Of a stretch of 64,000 nucleotides of DNA, positions 52,662 to 64,000 are shown one piece after another. The stretch covers positions 1,508 through 65,507 of the forward strand of contig ADNK01002468.1 in NCBI GenBank assembly GCA_000320545.1, written 5' to 3'. The notes under the pieces were generated by a model. The model ran no database searches, was not told where the DNA came from, and worked only from the letters and a program-made list of their open reading frames with translations. Source of the DNA: Bigelowiella natans CCMP2755 (lineage: Eukaryota > Protista > Cercozoa). The translations under genes were made by a program, and so were the position numbers. Each line of letters starts with the position of its first letter. The first letter of the stretch is position 1.

Positions 52662-55600
52662 AGCGGCAATTGCGGCGGGTCCACCCTGATGATTGGTGTT
52701 TGAGAAGGGCTTGCGGCTGCTGACTCGCACTTGGGGTCTCCGTCGCCACCACCTGCTGTCTTAATCTCTGGCCGAGGTGATGGTTGGAGCGCGGTCTTGT
52801 TGCTGTCGCTGCTGACGCGTTGTTGGGGTGAGGATGGAGAAGGGAGCGACGACTTGTTAAGCGCCTTCTCCCCCATCTCCTCGATCACAGGTAGCACGGG
52901 GTTGTCGCCGTTCTTGCTGTTGTCCGCGGCCCCTGCAGGAAGAGTACGCAGCGGCAAAACAATGGCAATGAATAATGGTTTGTTTTTTTAAAAAAACAAA
53001 GTAAAGAGCATACGAACTACCCTCCCTACACCTCTTGAATGCTAAATGGTGTGAATGATGATGAGGATGATGTAGATGATTTCTGTTCTAATGAGGGTAA
53101 TGACGATGGTTAAACAATACCTCCGGCAGCAAGTATCTTTGCCTTTGGCCTGGATCGTCGAGGTTTCCGCTGCTGCTCTAATTGTTCCTTCTTTCTATCT
53201 TTCTTCTTCTCGTCACCATCATCCTCCTTCTCCACCTCATCCACCTCTTCCTCCTCTTCGTCATCTTCATCGTCATCATTTTCCTCGTCGCCCTCCATAA
53301 AGGACTCGGCGGAGACATACGATTGCGCAACCGACATCGTGGTCCCTGCGCGCGACAGGACGTTGTTGCTCCCCACCCCCCCCACCGCGCTGCGAGGCGG
53401 GAAGAAGGACGCAACATGGTGCTTGGCCAGAATTTTCTCAAGCGAGATCTTTTCTGTGCGGTATGCGAGCTTCAGCTCCGTGCGATTGATGAGGATGAAA
53501 GGAGTGAAGAATACGATGCTACGTGAGAACTTCGATGGGTCGACATGGTCACGCTCCATGTGTCCGCCGTTCCCCTTCGCGTCGTCACCATTCATGGCAA
53601 AGCTGCTGCTGCTGTCGCCACTGCCGATAAGAGGCAATTTGGTCCACAGATTGACGATGGAGGGCAGGATCTCCCGACCCGCGCGCTTTCGCTCCACTGC
53701 GGCGCTTACGGAGCGAGATTGCTTGGAATCGACGAAGAGATGCATTGATCCAATGAGCTCCTCGGCTCTGTGCATAGCCTCCAGCGGCTCCTGCGCCCAT
53801 GGCAGCCCAGCATCGTAATCTGGCACCAGGAAACCATTTGTGCTGTTGTCTGCATGCTTGTTTTTACCCTCCACCTCCTCCTCGTCCTCTTCCCTCTCCC
53901 TCCGAAGCCGTGCATTGACAAACACTCTCGACGTGTGCCCCCCCTTGGAGGCACCCACGATCTGCTCGTACACCTCTCCTCGGTGGGTGACGGGTAGGAC
54001 CATTCGCTTCTCGGCCTGGACAACGCGGCGGCGGCGGCGACGAAGATGACTGCGACTCGAAGACGCGGAATAATGCTGCTGATGTAGGGGAGTAGACGAG
54101 AGCGTCCTGGTAGCAGCTTTAGTAGTTGTAGTAGTAGTAGTGGTGGTGGTGGTGGTGGTAGTAGTAGTAGCAGTAGAAGCAGTAGAAGCAGCGGTGACGC
54201 TCGTCTGGATCACCACCTTCAGCTCTATCTCGCGCAAAAGCATATTGCGTACCACAAGCGTCGGACTGACGCCGATAACGCTGGCCAACGTCTCATCATC
54301 ACCGTCGTTGTCCCCGTCCAGGCAGAAGTTCTGGCGCCAGGCATTGTAGCAGAAGGGCCGCCCCCCCGGCACCTTCGATATGCAGGGCAGCTCCAGTCGC
54401 TCGAGTTTATGGCTGCTCATGGGCGGCGCACGCGTGTAGAAGATCGGCTTGACCGGAGGTGCGATACGAAACTCGCCATAGCGTCCATCGTCTCTGTACC
54501 GTCGGAAGATGTCCCAATCTTGGGTCTTGAGCCGGATGCTGAGATGGACTTTCGCACGTACTTGGTGGCGCTTGTTGGGAATTGGGCACAGCGCTAAGCC
54601 AAACGCCGCGTTCGCCTTGTCGGGCGACTCAAGAACGCGTCGCTCGATCTCAGCGATGGTGATCTCTGTGCGGGCGAGGAGCATGTCAAAGGCCACGCGG
54701 TCGTCGTACAGCTCCACTTGGAGCGTTCGCAGCTTCTGTAGGGCATCCCGGCTCAGCGTTAGCTTGTGATCGAACCTGGGCACGACAACGACAACAACGG
54801 TACAATGACGTAATGTTTTTGCTTAAGTCTTCCTATGATTATTCATCGTAGTAGCAGGAGTAATTATACTGGCAATATGCAGATTCTCTCCCCCCCTCCA
54901 CCCCTCCCTCCCTGTATGGGCATATCGGGTCATCATCATTGTCATCGTCATTATTATTCTCATCTTCATAATCAGCAGTAACAGTAGCAGTACACGCAGC
55001 AGCATGATTGCAGGATACGGCACGGACTTGGCTTCGCGGCATTGCTTTTGAGCTGCCGTCTGCGTCTTGAGCACTAGTTTCCCATTCGCATCCAGGAGCC
55101 GCACCGTGATGGATGGGTCGTAGAGCTTCTTCGTGTCATTTTCATCGATGATGCCCACGCAATCTGCGACACCCATCTCCGCCTCTCGATCTACGAACAA
55201 CTCGGTTGTCGCCGTCGCTGTCGCACGGAGGGACGCCTCATTCTCCTAAGAATTAAAGGGAGGGAAGAAATATGGAAACAATGCTGGGGGCAGTGAACAG
55301 CAGGCACTAACGGCTAAGTATTATATGCTGCTAGGGACCTGAAATCTAGTGTCTACTATATGTATTCATATTGATTTACGACAAGAACAAACAACCTTGT
55401 GGAGTCCTTCCGTGCCTCCTCCTCCATCATCTCCCCCTTTGCTCGTATCATTGTTCTCCTCTTCATCTCCCTTTTCTTCCCCCGCCTCCCCGCCTTCACC
55501 TTCATTAGCTACATTGCTCCTATCTTCTCCTTGTTCTCTGATACCAGCATCGCGCTTTGCGCCGTCCTCCTCCCCCTCCCCCCCTCCCCTCTCTTCTCCG

Positions 55601-57320
55601 ATGCAATCGACCTCATCTATCTCCGTGGAGAGGCCGGTATCAAGGCCTTTGGCGACGAATTGCGAGTTACCAGTATCTTCATCAGAGTCCCTAGACTTCT
55701 TATCCTTCTTAGCATCGCCAGTAGTAGTAGTAGCAGTAGTAGTAGTGTTAGTGGTAGTTGCAGAAGGATCACTTCCGGTGGTTGCTTTGCTTTGGCTTTG
55801 TCGGGCCTTTCGCGTTTCTTTGAGGTCTTCCCCATCGCTGCCCCTCCCACCCTGCCTCTGATCAGCATCGTCGCCGTCATCAAGCCAGAGCCCCCAAGAA
55901 CGGGTCTCCCGCACGAGGCCGGAAGGCGGGGGAAGGTCGCTCTCTGGAATGTACAGCGCTTTGGCATGGAGCATCCGCTCCACCGCTGTCTTCCGCGATT
56001 CCTTCAGGCTCACTTCGTGCGCGGCGAAGGACAGATTCGCAAAGTGGGCAATGCGGATGGGGTCCGAGAAGAAAAACTGCCGCCCCTCTCCGCTGTGATT
56101 CCTCACGGGTCGAAGGCTGAACGACGCACGTGCGAGCAGGTGGCACGGCAGTACCACCGTCTCCCATGATGCGAGATCCCGCGACACCTGATACACCTAA
56201 TGGGGGAAGGGGGAGGGGAGGGAAAGAAGAATATCGTCATCGAATGGCTCCCCAGTTTTTGGTTGGAAAAATATGGAAATTTTGAGGTCGAGTTTTTATA
56301 GTTTAGTCGCCGGCACCACCGCCATATCAGCAACGACGCAGACCAGTTGTGCGTCTGCTACAAGCTGCTATTACCGCGTTGCATCGTCCTGGAGCAAAGG
56401 GTGGCAGCTGCACCGGCAGCGTGAGGACAAGATGTGAGGGCACAGATGTCGCGTTGCACAGACACACCAGAGAGCACAGCTCAATCCGGACGAAACCCTT
56501 GCTTCTAGACAGGTGCCTTCGCTGCTGCGACGATGGCTTCTCTGGATGGGTCTCTGCGTCCTCCCGACGATGCTGTGCTTCGGCCGCATCGTAAGCAGCA
56601 GGAAACGGCTCCGTGGAACGAGTGACCTTGCAGATGAGCTGCACGAGACCGAACTGCGGGTGCATGTGGCTCTCAACCTGCTGGTACGAGGTGCCTTCGA
56701 TCAGGAATCGAAACTTGAGCGGGGCCAGGTCTAGCGCGCTTTCGGCGGCTGATACTGGATAGAGACGCAAGGGAGGGGAAAGGGGGGGTGGGGGGGATTG
56801 GTGTTAGAGGAAGGATCGTCACTGCTCAAGGCGGTCCCTTGCAAGGAGGACAAATACATCCATTCATGCAAGCAGCCGCACATGTGCATGAACGTGCATA
56901 GTACCCACCATCGTCATCATCATCTTCCTTCTCCTCCTCACGGGATCCTCCTTGCCTGTGCGATGAGGAAGCTGGCTGCGCACTCGGGCGCTCCGAGCTG
57001 CTTCGCCGTCTCCTTCTCAAATCCGTTGCTGGGATTGAAGGAGATCGATAATGCCGTGATAAATCCTCATGCTCGTCCATGTGCGTCACCAGCGTTACCG
57101 ATGACGACGCCTTCCTTCGCACGCGAAGCTCGGGAAGCTCTAGCTGCACTTTCAGCTGCACGGAGGCGGCGTGGGGATCGTCCGGGGGGGTCAAAATGAC
57201 GAAATCCGCTTGGCTGCAGAGGAGGGAGGGGGATGGGGCAGGTGGGAGGAATGTTAGATGGTGAGCAGATCTGCGAAACAGCGGATAAGCCACACAAGCA
57301 TAAATAACAAAAAACGATGC

Positions 57321-57371
<51 letters not shown>

Positions 57372-59112
57372 AGTGCTGCCTTCAAAGCTACCATCCCCGT
57401 CTCTCCTCCTCCACTTCCCCCTCACTATAACCTGTTGTGCTTGAGGAGTCCCGAGCGATGATGGAGCTTGCTCTTCGTCAAATTCTCCGCCTCAAAGCGC
57501 AGCGGAACTCCACAGTTGTTGCACAGCACAACGCGGTCCTTTGGCTGGTTGACAGAGCTTGCGTCGCTGTCGTAGAGGACGGCGAGCTCCGAAATCGTGG
57601 AGAGAAGATCTGGCGATAAGCTCACGTTGATGACCCGAGGGACGACAAGCTCAAGGTGCTGCTCGACGTCGCGCTTGCTGCTCGTTCTCTTCCATGTCTA
57701 ATTAATGTGGAAGATAGTACGCGTGAGTAGTCGGAATATGAGTACGATCGAGATTGGGTGACTCTTAAGCATATATATATATCCAATCGTGTGTTCTGAT
57801 GATTCGGAAGTTGTTGGCATTCGAACCACAACCCCATTCGCCATTTACCTTTTTCGCAAGAGCGGGTTGCGGCGCGGGTTCCGCTTTGAGACGGTATTGG
57901 CAGCGGTAGGACGAGGTGACGAGGCTGCGCTCGAGCAGCTCCTCCCACGCGTCAACGTGAGGAGCGAAATGCTTTGCTGACACATGGCCGCTCAGCATGC
58001 CTTCCACTAGCCGGTAGCACCTTCCTGGTCCTGCAACTGCTGTGCCCTCACGGTCCATGCGCACGGACGCGAGAAACCCTGAGATGATGAGAAAGTGATA
58101 AGATGATGCTACCGATGCGGCCTCGACATCACAGTGACGTATAACGGCGAAGTGACACACAAGAAGTAGGGGAAGGCTAGAGGAGGTGGTGTGTGTGGGG
58201 GGGGGGGTAGAAGCCCAAACCTATATCGCCGAGCCCGAATCGGAACATATATGTTTGAGTGAGGTTATTCCGCAGCCGGAAGGTGATATTGTTGCAGCCC
58301 ACAGCATATGTCCTGTTGATTAGGTTTTCACGGCCCAAATTCTCCCTCCTCCTCGTTTTCCTCCTCGTTCTTTTCTTTCTCTTGTTCCTCCTCCTCCGCC
58401 GGCCGCCACGATCATCATCAGTATCACTGCTTTCATCATCCCAGTTCAAAGCCTTCAGCTTCTTCGCCCGGCGCGCACGGAAGCTGTCCAGCTCTGATTT
58501 GGAGAAGGTTGGCGGCCATGGCGCGACGTAGTTGTACAGTGGGTCACGGTCCTGCTCATTAGGACCGAAGCGGTCGCGGATGGGAGCTTCTGAGGCGAAG
58601 TCCAATGAAGGTAGGCGCCGTAGCATGCGCTTGGTGGAGTGGCGGAGCGCCAGGATCGAGGCCACGTCTTTCAGCGACAGAGAACTCTGATTGGTTAGAA
58701 GGAACAGCTTATTAGCAATTATCGTGAGGAGGCCGCTGCTGTGGTGGTTTCAGCAACAACTGAATGGATTATCACCTCCAATTCGCCGATCTCGACAATG
58801 GTCCTAGAGTGTTCCCGTGGTAGGGTGCTCAACACCTGCTTCTCCTTCTCTGTCCCCTCCTCCTCTTCCCCCCCCTTCCGCTGTGACATCATCTTCGTTG
58901 TCTTCGTTTCAGGGTGGCGGACGAAGGTGGCCAAGATAGGAAGCGTGTCCCGGTCGTTTGCAAGCTCCAGCTTCATACCCTTTTGCAGCCTGAGAATTGG
59001 CTCGAAACGCAGAGTTTGCGACCGATTCCTGTCGTCGTCGTCGTAGGATGATGATGATATCAGACTCACGAACAGCCAGTACATATGGTGTGGCGAACGC
59101 ACTACACACACT

Positions 59113-59153
<41 letters not shown>

Positions 59154-60057
59154 CACGCACTTAAAGGGAAGAACAAACCCCCTTTCCATCGTCCTCTCGC
59201 CCAATCTCTCTCCATCTCTCCTTCTATCTCCCTTCTCACCGGTATGCAGAACTGTCGTGATCGTCGTCCGTCGCGGATCGCTTGACAGCCCCCCCCTCCC
59301 CCCCATTTCCCCAGACCTCGATATCGGACGTGACGGACGGGTCGGGCACTAGGGTGTGTATTGCGCTATAGTAAGTCGCAGGACCAGCCCCGTGATTTTC
59401 CGTCCCGTTTCTCCCCACCCCCCCCTGAATATCTCTGATGAGCGAGACGGGACAAATGCTGCACAGCAGTGTCTGGAGTTGCAGAGAGATTTGGTTGGAC
59501 GTGCAGTCCTGGTCAACAAGATGGAGGAACCGAGAGTACGTCACGCCCATTTCGCTTGTTTCGACCACGAGCGCGGTCCCGTCGTCGCCGCGGTCACCAC
59601 CTTCCTCTTCTTCTGCCTCCTCCTCTTCCTTCTCTTCGCGTCCAGTTTCTCCATTACTCTCACCGCCATTCTTCTTCTTCCCTTTCTTTGTCTTCTTCTC
59701 CATTGGCAGGTTGCCGCTGTAGGGGTGTCGCTGGAAGGGCATCCAGAAGCTCGTGCCATGCGCCTGAAGCTTGATTGTTCTGGACCAAAAGAGGGCGTCG
59801 TTTATCGGCGGATCGTAGCTGATCTCTGGGTAGTTGTCCGGCGCGATTGGGTACTTATACGGCACGAGGAAGGGATGGGCGAAGAATCTACGAGAAACCA
59901 GTGAGTGAGCTCGAGGGAGGCGAGGATTTATGGAATAATGATGATGTTCATCGAGATAGGTAATGGCGAGAAGATTAACTACGACGACGACGACGACGAC
60001 GACGACGACCAGTCTAAAAGTGAATGTAAGGCTTCATCTCCCCCCCGCACCCCCTCT

Positions 60058-60125
<68 letters not shown>

Positions 60126-62768
60126 ATATACCCGCCTATCAGCTTGAAGAGCCCAAGGTCGAGCTCTATGACGAGGTTCTCGAACGAGATCCATGTCGCC
60201 TCCCCATCCATGGCTACGACACGCTCCAGCTCGACTACTCCGTGCTGCTGCTGCTGTCGGTGATCTCCGTCACCCCCCCCCTCCTCTGTCCCATCCCCGC
60301 CCGCCACTCTTTTGCTCAATATCGCGCATCGCAGCTGGGCTGCCTGCTCGGGGGAGAGGAAAGGGAGGACCGCAGTATGCAACGGCGTCTTCGTCGTCGT
60401 TGCATCAGTCCTCCCTTCCCTTGGCACCTGCTGCTGGTGCTGATGCTGGGAGCTCCTCTTCCGCGGAGGCGTGCGATGGAGTATTGGATCGTGAATCGCG
60501 ACGGAGTATAAGTTGTGGAGGTCGTTGCAGCGCAGCACGATGACGTCTAGCAGACGAGACCTCACGCATGCCCAGCTGCTGCCAATCACCGCGGTTCTCA
60601 GGTGCGCGTTGAACAAGCCCTCGGCGTGCTGCTGCTCCCGCCGTCGACGAAGCGTCAGTTCCACGCGGCTGCGAGCGCCAGAGGAGGGGGGGGAGGAAGG
60701 AGGGACTTTATCGCTATTATGGCTGTTGCTGCTGGTGGTGTCTCCCGCCCTCTTTTCCTCTCGGTCGCTGTCACCTTTGTCCATTGAGAGCTTCGGTGCT
60801 CGGAAGGCGAGGGGATGGTGCCGCGAGGAGGGCCAATGAGGTCCTCCACCGGGGTGGAGTAGGTGGATGGCGACCTATGCGTGGGTGCGTGCGTGTCTAT
60901 ATATGTTGGACGTTTTCCTCCCCTCTCCCCTCCTCTCCCCGGCTTCCTACTCCTTCCTCTCCCTCCTCGCTCTCTTTTCAAGCGTGCATACATGCATGTA
61001 CACAGGCATACCTGCTGGGCGATAACTTGCACCTTGAGCCACGCGTACACGTCGTTGGGGTAGGCGTAGGGCGGCCACTGCACCGTCTGCGTGTACTCGC
61101 ACAAGCCCTGAGGGAGAGGAGACGACGATTCATTGGTTGATTGTTGATTCGTGGGCAGATAGATGGGTGGGTGGATGGAGGACATCAACACATTGACAAA
61201 GATTCGGTAAAAATGGTGTCATTTAGTAGTAGCATGCAGCACGTATGAACCCTCCCTCCTCCTCCTCCTCCTCATTCTCCTCATTCTCCTCACTCTTACA
61301 CCTCGGTCGTCCAGAAGATAATCTGGTCGTAGAGGGTCTGGTCGACGAGGAATTCAGCGCTGTTGAAGCGCACCGCAACGGCCATGGGAGAGTTCCGCCT
61401 GAGCTTCGCCCCTCGTTCATTCTCTGCCGCAAACTTGCCTTCGTGGTCCTGCTTCTTCTCCTCGCGCGAGATGCCTGGTGGACGGTAGAGCGTCCTCTCG
61501 ACTTCAAAGTAGTTCTTGCGGAGCAGCGATTGAGCCTTGAAGGTGCGGGTGCGGTCGTTCTGCGACTCCGTACCAACGAAGACGGACACGCTTGTTGGCA
61601 TTAGCAAAGGCCCCTCAGTCGTCGCATCCCTCCAGCTCTTCCGCCCGTCGCTGTGGAACGCAACCACGTTCTGGAGAAAGGGGGGGGGGGCGTTAGGAGG
61701 GCGTTGCTTTCCTCGCATTATGTTTGAAATATCCTCGTCGACGACAACATAACAATAACAACAACAACAACATGACAATAACAACAACTACAACAACAAT
61801 AGAAACAACCACCACCACAACAACAACAACCTGAAAGTAGATTGAAAGCACAGGCGGAAAGGCAAGCTCCTCGCTGTCTTCTTCCCCGTTTCTTCCATTT
61901 CCTTCACCTCCACCTCCTTCTTCCCCTCCGTCATCGTTGTCCTTTACCGAGGAGGATGCTGCCGAGATGGCATCTTGACTTCCCCCCTCTCCCTTCTCCT
62001 CCTCGTCGTCCTCCTCTTTCTTCTTCTTTTCCTTTTTATCGCTCTCGTCATCACCGTCCTTGATGTCCTGCGCGATGCTCACTCCCCCATTGTTGTTGCT
62101 GCTGCGGGCTTTTTCTTCAAACTCCAGATCTTCAACATAGTCGTCGGCGTCATAAAACTCATCCTCCTCCGAATCCTCCTCCGAATCTTCATCGTCGTCG
62201 TCATAATGAGGGGAGCGGTGAAGCGCGACGGCTCCCCCCACCCTCCCGCCTTCTTGTTTGAGCAAACCGATCCTACGCTTCACTTCGTTCAGAATCCCGA
62301 GGGCCCCTGCGCCAGAGATGTTTACAACGCCGACACCCATATTCGAGGTGCTGACAAACTCCCCGCTGTCACCGAGAGCTGACGGTCCTCTGCGCGGAGA
62401 AGTGCTCGTCCCCTTCTTGAGATCTGCCAACGCGGCAGCCCCTTCTCCAAATACTGCTGAAAGGGACGACGACGACGACGACGACGATGGGGCGTGTGGG
62501 GAGGAGCTCTTGGTCCTCCGTCTCGCCCTCCGTGGAATCGCGCCGACACAAAGAGCAAGCTGCTCGACGTAGGACGACGAGGATAATGCCGATGGCGGTG
62601 ATGGCTCTGGCCTGCTGCCCTTATCATTCCCTCTCGACTTTCCTCGCGCATCCTCTATGGCCTTCTCCTCTTTCTCCTCCTCCCTCTCCTCCTCCTGAAG
62701 CTTTTTCATCTCCCTGCCCAGCGGTGGTTCATACGACGACAACAACACGGAGTAGAAGAGCAATTTAG

Positions 62769-62802
<34 letters not shown>

Positions 62803-63103
62803 TGTATGTGTGTGGACGTATGGATGCTTACAAAAGACTGCTTGTGATGGATTCGTCCCCGCCTCGAGAAGGCAACGAAAGTGTAAAAGAGAAGCAAAGG
62901 AGATGGGTATTTCCCTCCATAAACGCTCATTTTCCAGCGAAAAGCAACAAAGTCAACGAAGAAAAGAGGCTGCGAATGGCGGATAAACATTCAAACAGTA
63001 CAAAGGAAAGAAGAGGGGCGGAGCACAGATCCGACGTTTTGCCCTTTCCAGTTAACGCTCACAACCCATACTCTAGGCTGTATTCTTTGAAGGGAGAGAA
63101 AAG

Positions 63104-63169
<66 letters not shown>

Positions 63170-64000
63170 GAAAGAACAATACGTTTTCATGAAGATATGT
63201 GCTGGTGCTGCGCCCACGACGAAGACAACGTCCTTAGAGAAGAATACGATTCTGTGCCCGCTGTCGGACGACAGCGGGCAGGCGAGCATGCAGTTCTCCA
63301 AGTAGATCTGCGATGACATGATTGAGTTGTTACTTGTTCATCCCACCACCACCATCACACCCGAAGCATTTTACGGGGAGAGCGGCTTCACAAACGGGAA
63401 ATATATTTAACCACATATAGCAGCAAGCACACATCCTATGGAGCTTCTAGTATTTTTAAAAGCACACAGAGAGGTGATAATGTGTAGATCCTAACCGAGC
63501 CCTGCTGCTGTGGCTCAACAACAGCATGGTATTAGAGATATAACGCATAATACACGCTGCATGCAAGAACGGCTCACACATCGTATTACCTCCATCGCCC
63601 ACGCCCAAGGATCGTCTTCCGCTTCATTGGCCTCGCTCCTGTCCTTCTCCCCTTTCTTTGCCCCCTCTCCATTCGCCGCGGAGATGGTTTGGCGGTGTGA
63701 CGAAGGGGGGGAGGAGGAGGAGGAGGAGGAGAAGAGGGAGCTGGCCATTTGAGAGACGGCAGGACTGACGTAGAACTGAAGCGAGTTCATCAGTTCCAGC
63801 AGAAATCGGTTCACATACGTTACCTAGCAACCCAACTGTTGTTGAGCCACAGCAGCAGGGCTCGGTTAGGATCTACACATTATCACCTCTCTGTGTGCTT
63901 TTAAAAATACTAGAAGCTCCATAGGATGTGTGCTTGCTGCTATATGTGGTTAAATATATTTCCCGTTTGTGAAGCCGCTCTCCCCGTAAAATGCTTCGGG
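42034..64000 (-). CDS. VPS13: VPS13-family lipid transfer protein, many exons, 5' part outside the window
   Basis: C-terminal motifs GSMDALGNPFGLFSSLGQGLYDFVADP, GLAKGAASLVTSSLGGVTNTASKITGTVG and GLAGVVVKPVAGAFGMVSQTTQG; VAB-type repeats (VTLTPRIILIN, PFRIENCTPFPLSF..FAW-like, FFTPFILINRT); LGGLGVSIID and VQIDN; WEELLE. Confidence 0.9.
63360..64000. repeat. perfect inverted repeat, arms 63360-63524 and 63836-64000 (may extend past the window)
   Basis: CCCGAAGCATTTTACGGGGAG...GTGGCTCAACAACAG is the reverse complement of CTGTTGTTGAGCCAC...CTCCCCGTAAAATGCTTCGGG; I found no mismatch by eye. Confidence 0.95.

Overview
Gene-dense, intron-containing eukaryotic nuclear DNA from a protist; a likely bipartite plastid-targeting leader suggests an alga with a complex plastid (inference only). 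Genes in order: 3' part of WASHC4/SWIP (+), a small secreted hypothetical protein (-), an ankyrin-repeat protein (+), a Lines/LINS1-like protein (-), a CaaX-ending TKL-like kinase (+), PRP5/DDX46 with an extra tandem aromatic domain (-), a hypothetical gene (-), an FAD monooxygenase (+), ENY2/SUS1 (+), a phospholipid scramblase (-), an ABCC/MRP transporter (+), a cAMP-receptor-like GPCR (-), an SLC10 symporter (+) and a long, microsatellite-rich, 5'-truncated VPS13 gene (-). The most unusual signal is in the spacers downstream of gene 3' ends, which hold decayed copies of a ~500-bp TIR element and two co-localised mutational signatures. (1) At least 23 micro-insertions of the form NNNN-CTAG-NNNN (CTAG flanked by an exact 4-5 bp direct duplication), some nested as (CTAG)3. 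(2) Near-complete loss of TpA (apparently TA->TG/CA) with CpG retained, the opposite polarity to fungal RIP. Together they suggest an undescribed repeat-associated scarring/editing process. A perfect 165-bp inverted repeat brackets a VPS13 exon at the window end. All counts were made by eye and need computational confirmation.
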